From contig NC_092680.1 in NCBI RefSeq assembly GCF_964355755.1, positions 5,704,001 through 5,768,000 on the forward strand: a DNA stretch of 64,000 nucleotides. The letters run 5' to 3'. The DNA comes from Antedon mediterranea (lineage: Eukaryota; Animalia; Echinodermata). The notes below the pieces were generated by a model. It was not told the origin of the DNA, did not search any database, and worked only from the letters and a program-made list of their open reading frames with translations. Numbering within the stretch: position 1 is the stretch's first letter; each line of letters starts with the position of its first letter. The position numbers and the translations under genes were made by a program. Shown here piece by piece: positions 25,901 through 37,900 of the stretch.

Positions 25901-28900
25901 CCCATCATCTATGATGAGATAGTGCAATGACTGGAATATCAATGTCTCCAGAATGGGAACGAATTATTGCTACGCCTTGATTGTTATTTGTTAAAGCATG
26001 CTTTGCATGCAGGATGACTTTTGTGTAGGCTTCTTCTTCCGGCTACTATTAAGCTCCGGAACCAATACAACATCTCAGTTAGTAACGTAGATGCATTCTT
26101 TGTACGATGAAAAGTAGGTAACATCAATCCTCATATCTGTTAGAATGCTTTCTTTCTTTGACACTAGTACACAGCGAATAAGCTCAATCAATCTGGTCTT
26201 GTTCTCGCCGTTGGCAAGGAAATTGTTGAAATCACGGCCAACTTTGATATTGTTGAGCTTACAATTACTTTTGGTGCAATACCGCGTATGTTTCTCTCAA
26301 CAGTCTTAATGCTTTTTGGCAGGTATGCATCGGTAACAATATCAACACGCTTGTATCCTTTAGGGATGCTGTTGAAAACCTTTGCTACAAGATCCTCGTA
26401 CGTATCAGGGTAAGATGTAAATGTTCTGATTAATGCCATCAAGTCAACAACATAGGCAATGACAGTAGCCTTTGCTGGCAGTGCCCGACCAGGATCTATA
26501 ACATCTGTTGAACTTTCGATGAGAATTTCCATTAGGACACTTTTCTGAGTTGTTCGTCTTGTCCCATCTGCATTAGCAAGGCTTAGCGGGACAGGGGTAA
26601 GTGGATACTCAAAGGCTTTCTTAAAGTCAATTATTCTACCATGCTTTGTTGAGGTGGCAAGAAGCTTTCCTAAAACATCCCGATTAGCTTATATTACTTT
26701 TACTTTCCCATTTGCCTTGATTTCTAGTTTCTTCCCACTATTCGAAAATAAAGTGAGATGATGTTATGGATCCTGGTCGAGCACTGCGAGAAACAGACGC
26801 GGTATTGCACCAAAAGTAATTGTAAGCTCAAAAATATCAAAGTTGCCCCGTGATTTCAACAATTTCCTTGCCAACGGCGAGAACAAGACCAGATTGATTG
26901 AGCTTATTCGCTGTGTACTAGTGTCAAAGAAAGAAAGCATTCTAACAGATAAGAGGAGTGATGTTATTTACTTTTCATCGTACAAAGAATGCATCTACGT
27001 TACTAAACTGAGATGTTGTATTGGTTCCGGAGCTTAATAGTAGCCAAGAAGAAGCCGACACGAAAGTCATCCTGCATGCAAAGCATGCTTTAACAAATAA
27101 CAATCAAGGCGTAGCAATAATTTGTTCCCATTCTGGAGACATTGACATTCCAGTCATTTCACTATCTCATTTCATAGATGATGGGCAGAGGGTAATTATT
27201 GATACAAACACTGGGAAATACCGAAATGTACTGAAATTGAGTGACATTGATTTAACAAAAGCGCAGAAATCATCCCTTATTGGATTCCATGCTTTCACAG
27301 GTAACGAGTATAACTCCGCTTTCGTTCGGAAAGGAAAACGTACCTGCTGGAAGCTTCTGGAATCAAAAGCAACATTTGTTGACACATTCTGCAACCTTGG
27401 AGTGTCAGATGTTCCATCAAAAGAGTTGTATGAGGAACTTGAAGAGTATGTTTCACCATTGTATGGAGTGAAGGGGAAAAGTGTAAATCAAGCAAGATAT
27501 GATATCTTCAACAGAAAGTTTTCCAGACACAACAAGATTACAGATATATCATTACTGCCACTATGTCAGCAGACCCTTGAGTTTCATATACTTAGAGCAA
27601 ACTTCATTACTAAAGAATGGCAATCAGCAGACGTCAATGATTTTGTCAACAACAGTACACACAATGGATGGAACGAACAAATGGAGCCTAAATGGATTGA
27701 GACAGTGATGCCCACTGATGTCCAGGAACTGTTTACACATAATGAATATGAAGACTTTTCAGATTGCAGTGATGTGAGCGATCTTGAAGATTAATACACG
27801 ACATACAGACTGAAACACTAAAGGGAAAATGAATTAATTGACAGGATTAACGTGATCAGATAGGAGAAATGTCTTGCATTTTGGGTCAAAGGTCAGTAAC
27901 GTTATTTCCGGTCATTTTTACAGATAATGTTCTATTAGTTTGAATATAAACATCTATATTCTGGAGAGTTTGACACCAATTACAACTTTCTGTGTCTAGT
28001 AGTTACGGAGATATGATATCTGTTAGATATTGGGTCAAAGGTCAATAGAGGTATTTCCGGCCGTTTTCTGACAAAATGTTCTATTACATCAAATAGGAAC
28101 ATGTACATTCCAAACAATTTGACACCAAAATCAACTCTCTATGACCAGTGGTTGCCAAGATATCATAGTCTATTGTAACTGGCAGCCATTTTGAAAAAAG
28201 CGCCCTCACGCAAAAGTTCTCAGGTTACAGCCCGTTTACCCAATATATTTGGATTCCCCAGAAAAAACTGGTCTAGAAAAGTTATATGAGAATTTCTACC
28301 TCTCCGGGTGGCACCTACCTCATTCATAGCCTAGTCTAATAGAATCTGTATCTATCCTGAGTGGAAACCCCCCCCCCCCCCCCTGTTGTGTGTAAATGGT
28401 CATAAGGAATAACATATCTATATTTTTATTACCGTTACTGCTCGTCTGTGTAAAATGGATTTAACCCTCTAAATAATCTCCTTAAAATTTATGTGACTAA
28501 AAAATGTGATGTGCCATATATGGACACAATTATTTCATACTACTACCATATTTGGGTACATCGCACTTTTTTGTCAAACTAATTTGGTAGATAGAGCTTT
28601 ACTATAAAAGACTGATGTGTTTACTAAAACAATAAACATCCAACAAAAAAACTGTTGACATAACCAGTTTGATTTATTTCCATGCATACACAGTACCCTT
28701 TGTAATGTCCTTGTAATTTATGTCATTATGTTATGGTGCATTATTCATGATCTCTGCCTTAACCATGTTTGTTGTAGAAAGTACAAATGTACTATATTAC
28801 AAAAAGAACAATGAAAGCTACCCTAAAAATTTAAGCTTTTAAATAAGTTTTCTCTGGTCATCTGCAGCCCTATTGCCAAGCATCAGCCCTGAATATAATA

Positions 28901-31900
28901 AGAACTTTTGAAAGAGGAGCTTAAAAACAACCACCAACCTCCTGTATAGCTGCAGACTTCTGGCCCATAACAAGCCTGCACATGATAATGTGTTCTAACA
29001 ACATGAGTTGGAATGCAGCCAGGATAGGATGTGAATCAATAATCTTTAACTTCTCAATCTGTAACAGTGCTTTATCTGTGTATTTATGAGCTTTGTCCAT
29101 GTAACCTGCCTGCATGGAGTGCATCACAGTAATCTAAAATATTCATAACAAAATCATATTTAATAATTCAATAATATATAAATAGTTATAGTAGTTAAAT
29201 CATGTATGATACCACCAAAGTTAAAATCAAAATTGTGAGGCATTTGATGAATAGGTAAACTGCCTTAAAATACCGTGACATGTTTCGAGAATACTATTCT
29301 CATCATCAGAACTGAAATCAATGCCTAGAGTATCTATATACAGTCAACTCTCCCAATACCGGACACCCTTGGGCGGGCATATATTTTCCGGTTTTTCGAA
29401 AGTCCGGTTTCCTGAAAACATATTTTTAAAGTCATCACGTTGTCACCGAATGCTGCCCGGTACGGTCTCCTAGCGTAGGGAAGGCCTAGGCTAGGCTATG
29501 ATTGTGTCAATCTAGTTTTAATTAAATAAATACTGATAGGCCTAGGCCTACTTTATTAATATTAAGCTACAGTAATTCAATTTACCTTTTTTAAAAGTTA
29601 CATTATTTACTGTACCAATAAAACATGTTACAATAGTAAATTATTGTTTCTCAATGTGTTTTTAACGGCAAAAAGGCCTACGTACGTACGTACGGTGAAC
29701 ATAATTTCGGTCTGTTTATTGTTTTTCGTGAGCTAGCTAGCAGCAGCAGCATGGGTGAAGGGCTTTGATTGATGCGCATGTGCAGAGGTGTCATAATCAA
29801 ATAAAAACGCCCACACCTAGACCACATGTTTTTTAAGCTCCTTTATTTTGACGTAATTTGATAGCAATGATGAAAATTGATTAGGTAAACAAGCCAAGCA
29901 ATAATGACACAATAATTAATTGGTAACATTTCAAAGTTTATTAACACTAGTTAAGTCAAGTTCATTGCGTTTACGTTTTGCCATACTGATTTCCAAATTT
30001 ATAATGATGCACATTTTTAGTCCCGTTTTTAGTGAAACATTCCTTTTTAAAGTCCTATTGCAATTGTGAATTTAACAATAATTTAAACAAAACAAAGACA
30101 CAGGAATGTAAATTTAACTTTATTAAAAAACAATTCATATGCTAAAAAACAGGGAGTTGTTAACAACTCCCTGCTAAAAACAATAGACATTAAGACATAG
30201 CGCTTCGATGTGAAAAAGCCCACCGCAGTTCGATACGCAACAAAGCAATTGCCGCCTCGTGGCAGTTTTTTTAACTGACCTGTCAATCACAGTGTAGTGC
30301 TCCATGGCAACATTATTTGATCGTACCGCGAAACGTCGCGCACTTCATGCATGGTGAGGGTATGGTTAAAAGCTTTTGTACATTGTGAATGTAGTGAATC
30401 CGAGTCAGCGACGACGATGTTACGTTGTTTTCGTAAATATTTGGAGTTTTTTAACCGTCAGTCCGGTTTTCAGACGCTAATTTTCGTGTTTTGTACTTCA
30501 TAATTTGTCCGGATTCCGGAATTGGGTATTCCGGTTTTCATAATAAATTACAGTACATTTAGAATAGGGACAAATTGGGCCCTCCAAAAAGGTCCGGTTT
30601 TTCGTGAATTCCGGTTTTGGGAGAGTCCGGTATTGGGAGAGTTGACTGTACCAACAATTTTAAGTTATAGTAGTGTTCTCCATAGGCCCCTGAAGCATCA
30701 TGTTTTGGATTGTTAAAAAAGCGAGTAAGTGGCCGCACGGTTAAGACAGTGGAACTGTAATTACGTAACTATAACGTTGACAAGGGTTTGAAGAGGTCAC
30801 CCAGTATAAATAAATAATAAATTAACAAAATAAAAGGTATTAACTGAACTGAGAATAACACAAGAATAAACATTTGCAATCAGAGAGATCTGTGTTCAAT
30901 TTTGGATGACAAGCACCACAAATGTGTATAACCAGAGCAGCGAATGGTTAGTTCACTTGCTGCTGGACATGTAGTGAAATTGAAAAGATACTCACTAAGT
31001 AAACAAGTACACACATGTGTTCCTTCGGTAACCAGTGAAAGTAGTCTGCTGGGTTTGCTGGTAAAGGTTCTAAAAAGCGAACAGATAGTTACTCAATGAT
31101 TTGCATGGAATACAATTTAAAGTATTGCTATGTCTGGCCTTAAGCTTTGTCTACACTAGTGTGATGTGCCTAAATATGGTAACAATATGCCCAAATATGG
31201 TAGTGAAATGACATCACATTTTTTTTTCAAATAAAGTTTGATAGTGTAGACAGTGCTTAAGAGTGGTCTACTATTCTGTCTTTTAACATTCTCTTCATAC
31301 AGAGTATTTATTGTGGTGATGTCACAGCGTATATATATCGTTCAGTTAAGCATCTTACTCTCTTCAGTTGTCTTATTGATCAGTTTTACAGTGTGTGCAT
31401 TCCAGCATTCCAGCATAATTTATTGTCAATTGTGATTCCAAGGTAACAATATTTCTGTATTCTTTATACACCTTCACTGTTATAACTATCAATGATTAAT
31501 ATATAAATTAATTTGTACATTTTTTATATCATAGTTAAAGTTGACAAAACATTTCATTGTTAAAAATGTTAAACTTACCATCATCTGAATTTAGATTTGT
31601 AATCTTTTGTATGGCTTGCTGTAACAACTTTAACGGTTGTTTGACTCCTTTAACCTATGAAAAATAAAGGTATATTTATATTCAATCCAATTTTTTTATT
31701 TCGGACAAACTGTCCACGTGAAACACATAAATACAAACAAAAGAAACAAATTAGATTCTGTAACAGCCATTGAGAAATGATAAAGGTAGGACCAAGAATT
31801 ATTCATTGACATGTAGACATCTAGCTCCATTAAAAATACATTCTGGAAGCCATCAATATATATTCATACAATTTATCATTTTGCTTTTGCTTTTCAATAT

Positions 31901-34900
31901 TCTGGCATAAAAACTGTAAATCTACAGTCTAAAAAAACTCATAGAAGCATTGAATATTATTTTCCAAAAACTGATTTCTAAACGTGTATTGCACATTTTT
32001 GTCGACTGAATTTGTACTACTATATTTAGAATACGCTGGACACAACAAACTATTTTATTAAGGGGTGAATCATTTTCAGTTCCTTTAATTGGGAAGCTTG
32101 TTTAATATTTGACCTACCTGCCCTGCAACTAGATAGTGTGAAACTTGTAGAACGAGAAAGAAAACGGTGAGTGACTCCTTAAGAGTTGGGTTGATCTGGC
32201 ATTGCTCAATTAATGTCCCACAACTTGATAACACTGTATGCACCTCTGTTAATTTATGCTCAATTAACAATAACTTAAAAAATACAAAGAATATTTTGGG
32301 TATTATAAAGATATCCTGTAAATGTAAATGGGGGAATAAGCTGCGACTGTACGTGTGTCCTCTTATATGGCAGTGATATGCTTAAATATGGTAGTGATAT
32401 GACATCACCATGTCCATATATTACTGGTACTGGTACTGGTTCAAATAACCGTCTCACAGAGACATCTGGTAGCCATTGACTTGAAGTTGGCATTTGGATG
32501 TGTTACTTTTAAATGTAGGCCTACAGTATGAGAGTGACTACTACCAAATTACACAGTCACAAAACAACTTATAAAACAGTTCATATATACAGTTAAAACA
32601 TTGCTGGGAATTATAAATTTCTGTTGAAGCAGGCTCTAATGAAGTTGCATCTAGTAAGTTGACTTTGTTGTACAACTCTATCAAGTACTGATGGTATCTT
32701 CCGACCTCTTCGTTTACTTTGTGTTGTGTGAAAAGTAAGAATTTTTGTAGGATCTTCATTTTCTTTTCTAATTACATGTCCGATCCAGTTGAATTGTTGC
32801 TTGTAGACATATTCTTCTAGCGGTTGACAGCCAGTAATTTTGTAGAGATCGTCATTATCAATTACGTAACGCCAGTCTATATAGTTTTCATCTGTTTCTT
32901 CATCTGAGGATATGTCTACATGGTTTGGTGGGCAGACTCTTTGAAAGCCATTCACTAGCATTCTTCTTAGGAAGGTTTTGTATGTTGTGCTAAGTTTGGA
33001 CATTTCACTTCCTGTTGCCCTCCAAGCATGGCAACCATAGGTGAGTCTACTCCTAACTAGACCATTAAGAAACATCATTCTTGTTTGTAGGTGGATCGTT
33101 CTGTTGGTAAGCAATGCCCTATTCTCTGCAAATGCTCCTTTGGCTGAATTGATTCTGTATTTTACTTCTTGATCTCCAATATGAACATCATTGTAGGTAG
33201 CCCATACACCAAGGTATCTAAAGTGTGTTACGTTGTTAATGTGTACGCCGCCAATTTGTATGATGCATCTTGGGTATTCTTCAACTTCCTCTTTCCAGTT
33301 CCATATAATGGTTTCTGTTTTGGGGGCACTAATTCTTAGGCCAAATTCCAGACAAACTTTATTCAAGATGTTCACAATGGTTTGCAGTTCTTCTTGTGAC
33401 CAGGAGCTTACAGCAAAGTCGTCAGCATAGCCACTTTCAAAGTCGTCATAGATGCCCCTTGATGGTGCTTTACATCTTTGAGCACGATTTGTAGCTTCAA
33501 TAGGAATTAGGTATCATTAGGCCATCCAAACTAGCATCTTTACAGCGTTGTTTGAACACTCTAATAACGTAATCAAAATATTGGTTAAACATGCTGGTAC
33601 TCTCATTACCACCCTGTCGCACCCCAGAAGATGTTTCGAACTTATCATCACTCGGATCGTCGTCAGCAAGGTATGCTTTCGTTGAGCTGTACAGTGATTG
33701 TATAATGTCAATCATAGTAGTAGACTGGTTTAAGTGAAACCTATTACGAACGCTTAGGAAAAGAAGATTACGATTCACATGGTCGAATGCTGCTGTTAAA
33801 TCAATGAAGCATGTATAGAGTTTGCGATTTGAGCGATACGCAATTTCCTGGATCTGCTTGATTACATATATAGCATCATTGCACCCTCTGTTGGACCTGA
33901 ATCCAAACTGTGTGCGTAGAAGTTGACTTTCATAAAAGATGGAAAAACGTGAAAGAATGATAACCATAAGTATCTTTGAAAATGTAGACCCAATTGATAT
34001 TCCTCTATACATTGATGGATCAAGTGGACTGCCTTTTTTTTTTCCAAATGGTTGTTAATTTGGACAGTCCCCAATCACTTGGTACTTCTTTCGTTCTCCA
34101 AATTTCCTCAAACAGTCTATGTACATGGTCGACGAATACTGGGTTCTCTGTGGCGACTTGCAACATTTCAGAAGCGACATCTAGGGTAGCTTTGCGACCT
34201 TTTAGATGTCCGATTGCATCAATAATTTCTTTCTTGGACAGAGGTTCATTGTCCATCTCAAATTCTGGTTGTCTCAGGTTGATAATATATTCTGGAGGTG
34301 TGCTAATTTCATCTGGGATTTTAAGGCTAGATTGGTCTGGATTAAAGTGATCTTTAAAGTGTTCACGTAATCCAGGACATTTTATAGGCTTTGGTGCTTT
34401 TCTTATAACATCACCGTGCTCCTTAGCTTTTCTCCATAAATCAAATATTTTTCTATTTTGGTGGGCTTCATTTAACTTGCTTGCTTCTTCATACAAATAT
34501 TCATTCCGTAGTTCCTTCACCCTTATCTTAATTGCTTTCTGCATAGCCTTGATCTCCTCTTCTTTGTAGGTAACTGTGCTTTTGTTAATATTCTTTCTTT
34601 CTTTTATAAGCTGTTGTAGTCTTTCATCACCATCCCAGGGATGAGCATTTTGGTTTCTTGTTTTCTTCGGGACTTCTTTAACTGCCTTATTTAGCACTGT
34701 CATAAGTGTTGTATAGCGCTCAGTTGATGTAGTGGTTGTTGTCTTTTCAGGAGAAGTAATTTCATTAATTTCTTCTTCTATCTTTGTTTTAACATTATTT
34801 CTTACTTCTCGATCTTTAAGTTTACTCATGTTGGCTCTCTTGCTCTGTTTTTTCTTTTTATGCTTCTTCCACCTGGCTTTGTTGGCTGGTGTTGTCATAT

Positions 34901-37900
34901 TACTCACAAGGATTCTATGATCCGACGAAAGATAATAGTTGTTATAGACTCTTGTGTCAGTAACATACTTCCTCAACCAGTGATCACATATGTTGTAATC
35001 TAGTATTTTCTTTGTAACACCATCGTTGCTATGCCAAGTGATCCGATGAACGTTTGGATGGTCAAACCAGGTGTTCAGTATGCATAGCTTGAAGTCAGAG
35101 CAGTAGTTGATGAGTCTTGTGCCATTGTCGTTACTAATGTCATCTGTGTCTTGAAATCTATGTAGGTTTCCATCAAAGAGTGATTTTCTGGTTGTTATTG
35201 TTGATGTTGCATTAAAGTCTCCCATCAGTAAGAGTTTTGTGTTGTTCTCGACTCTTGTTACTTTGGAGAGTTTTGCATAGAAAATATCCTTTGATGATTC
35301 TGAACCGGATTCCGTAGGAGAGTACGCAGACACAATTCTTAATTTACAATTTTTTATTGTGACGTCTATTGCCATTAGACGTTCATAAACATAATAAACA
35401 TTAGACACTTTGATATGGGGTGACTGTTTGATGGCAATAGCAACCCCATACATCTTTTTGATTTTCAGTCCAGTCCAGTATACATTGTAGCCCTCATGTG
35501 AGATTGCACCGGTACCAATCCGTCTCACTTCCTGCATACACACGATGTCAAGGTTTGCTGCTTTAATTTCAATGAGGGTTTCATGTAGTAAGAAGTCATC
35601 TGAGCAGGTATTAACATTAATCTGTCCTGCTCGCCAATGAAAATATTTTGCAGGCTTTTTTTTCCTAACTGCTTCTTGTACTTTCTTGTTTATGTTAGAA
35701 AGGTTTTTAGAATCTATATCTTTATTACTCTTTGTGTGAAATTTTGACTTGCGTCCACCACGGGTACCTCTATAATGGAAAATTCCCAAGTCTTTCAAAA
35801 CACTTCCAACCGCAGTAGTAATTTTTCCAGCATATTGTCTCAGGTTAAGTAGCTTTGAGTAGCTATAGTTATAGGTCAACATAGTTTACTCGTAGCAATG
35901 GTAGATTATAATAATAATATCACACCATGGAGTAACCATGATCACACATACACCGACTCTAGGCCCTGTAAACAAATCTTCTATGCTATGCTGTCCCAAA
36001 GTTCTAAGGCAACAATAGGCTTTGCTTCACTGAACACTGCTAAGACAATAGCATGCACACAGCTAGATAGGGCCTAGCTATAGCTATAAAAAAATCTTTT
36101 CTAAATCCAGTTTAGCTGATAAAAATAAGAAAAAAGAATATACAATACAATAGTTGTAAGTGCTGATAACAATATTGGTAGTAAAATCACTCTCAAAATG
36201 TGTACTTAAAACCCAAAAAGCAAGATTTTAAAAGCAGAATGGGAGTAACACTGTCAAGCGCCTCTGGCAGCCAGTAGTGATTGGTGATTGGCACATAAGA
36301 TTTCACATAATGTTTGATAGTTTTAGACTGTCACTGTTACTTACCATTCCTTTACTAAGAAGAAAGAGTGTCTGAGTATATTCTGAACCTGCTACTGCAG
36401 CGTAGTCCGCCCCAACTCCTAGGAGTTCACATGCCGACAGAAAGTCCTTCTCATGCGTATGTATTTGCTATTAGAAATAACATATAATCTATATTTATTT
36501 ATTGTTATATTGTTTAAATACAAATGATATGTCTGTATTATTTTATACTTATGGATTTAGTTGTGTCTTTTACCCAAACTACAGCTTATTTTAACATCAT
36601 CAAAGAAATACTAATAAGTTACATGAAATGTGCTATTTTGTTCTCAGTCACCAACCAAATAGACTAAAGTTCTGTCTACACTATCAAACTAGTTTGAAAA
36701 AAAAAAGTGTAATGTGCGCAAATATGGTAGTGATGCATTAATGTGGTATTGATATGACAGCATGATGTCTATATATGGGCAGGCACATCACATTTTTTTG
36801 ATAGTGTAGACAGCGAATGGATACAGATATCTCTGTACTCGCATATCTCAGCAAAAAACTGGGTACTCAACCTTTTGATTTTACATTTTTAAACGTAATG
36901 TTCCGAATTTCATATTTAGTAAAAGCATTACCATACTGTTTTTAACCTAACCTTTCAACTTATTTCTATGTGAAGCATTTTAAAATAAGATTGTGGGTTC
37001 GTTTTACATAACCAGATCCACATATCTGGTGAATCGTATGTCAGTATTTTGTTTTTACGACACTCCACGCGGCTAAGCGCCAATTGATATGCGCATAGCC
37101 GCATGAAAAAGAAACATTGCCGTAGGATTTGATTTGCCGGCGCCGGAAATGTGCAAGAAAAGGTGTGAAAGACACTCTATGTACACATTTTAATGTTAAA
37201 TTACATCCATATTTTCTTTAAAGACTGTTTGGTTTTATTTTATTTTGTATGGGGAAATCTGAACAAACATTAATTAAATACTTACAGCTAATTGGAAAAG
37301 TAGACGACAATGCCAGTAAGCGACCTGTTGAGAACTACTAATAGCTTTCCGAAGAATCTGCTTGGCAAGTTGAAATTGTTTCTGAATAATAAAAAAAAAC
37401 AAATGTCAATTGTATGATTATTTACAGAATCCAACATGATACCTGTAGTTGTAGATTAACTGAAATGTTCAGGGATGTAAAGGTAGTTTAAAATATGCAA
37501 TTTCATCTCCCTGAATATACTAGGTAACACTAGGTCATTTGGTGACTGTTTATAGTAGGTAAAACCAAGGCAATCTAACAGGACACTAAGCTCTTTTGGC
37601 AAGATAGGAACTCATAACAGTCCTTTGATCTTATGTCTGGCTGCGACAAATACCAACAGTACTGTACTATGAACATATTCTCTGCGGCGCATGGTGTCTT
37701 TTATTAAGGGGCTTGGAACTGATTGTGTCGCAGCCACACTTTGATCTCCGGAGCTCAGCATCCTGTAGATTGCCTTGGTAAAACTAACATGGGGCTCAGC
37801 TGGTTGATATAATGTGTAATGAAAGATTGCTTTAATAATAAGCTTTAGTGTAGGTGTTTAAACTTCACTGTATATTGTAAAATTAAAAACATTTGATGTA

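Larger units (their letters stand above)
24620..28338. mobile_element. Academ(X)-like DNA transposon derivative with palindromic structure (two inverted copies of the same end)
   Basis: Ends TAGACTAGGCTATGAATG...CATTCATAGCCTAGTCTA flanked by ATA/ATA. Arms of about 1.5-1.7 kb are near-identical inverted repeats. TAG..CTA termini, a 3-bp TSD and an XPG-like ORF fit Academ. Confidence 0.8.
24556..28464. mobile_element. Older MITE split by the Academ-like insertion
   Basis: TTTACAGAGAGGAGTGGTAACAGTAA (~24565-24590) pairs with TTACCGTTACTGCTCGTCTGTGTAAA (~28429-28454). Confidence 0.6.

Noticed and set aside
34030-34046. Programmed frameshift at the A10 run in the LINE ORF
   Set aside because: APE-RT is normally one continuous ORF, so homopolymer slippage or sequencing error is the simpler explanation.
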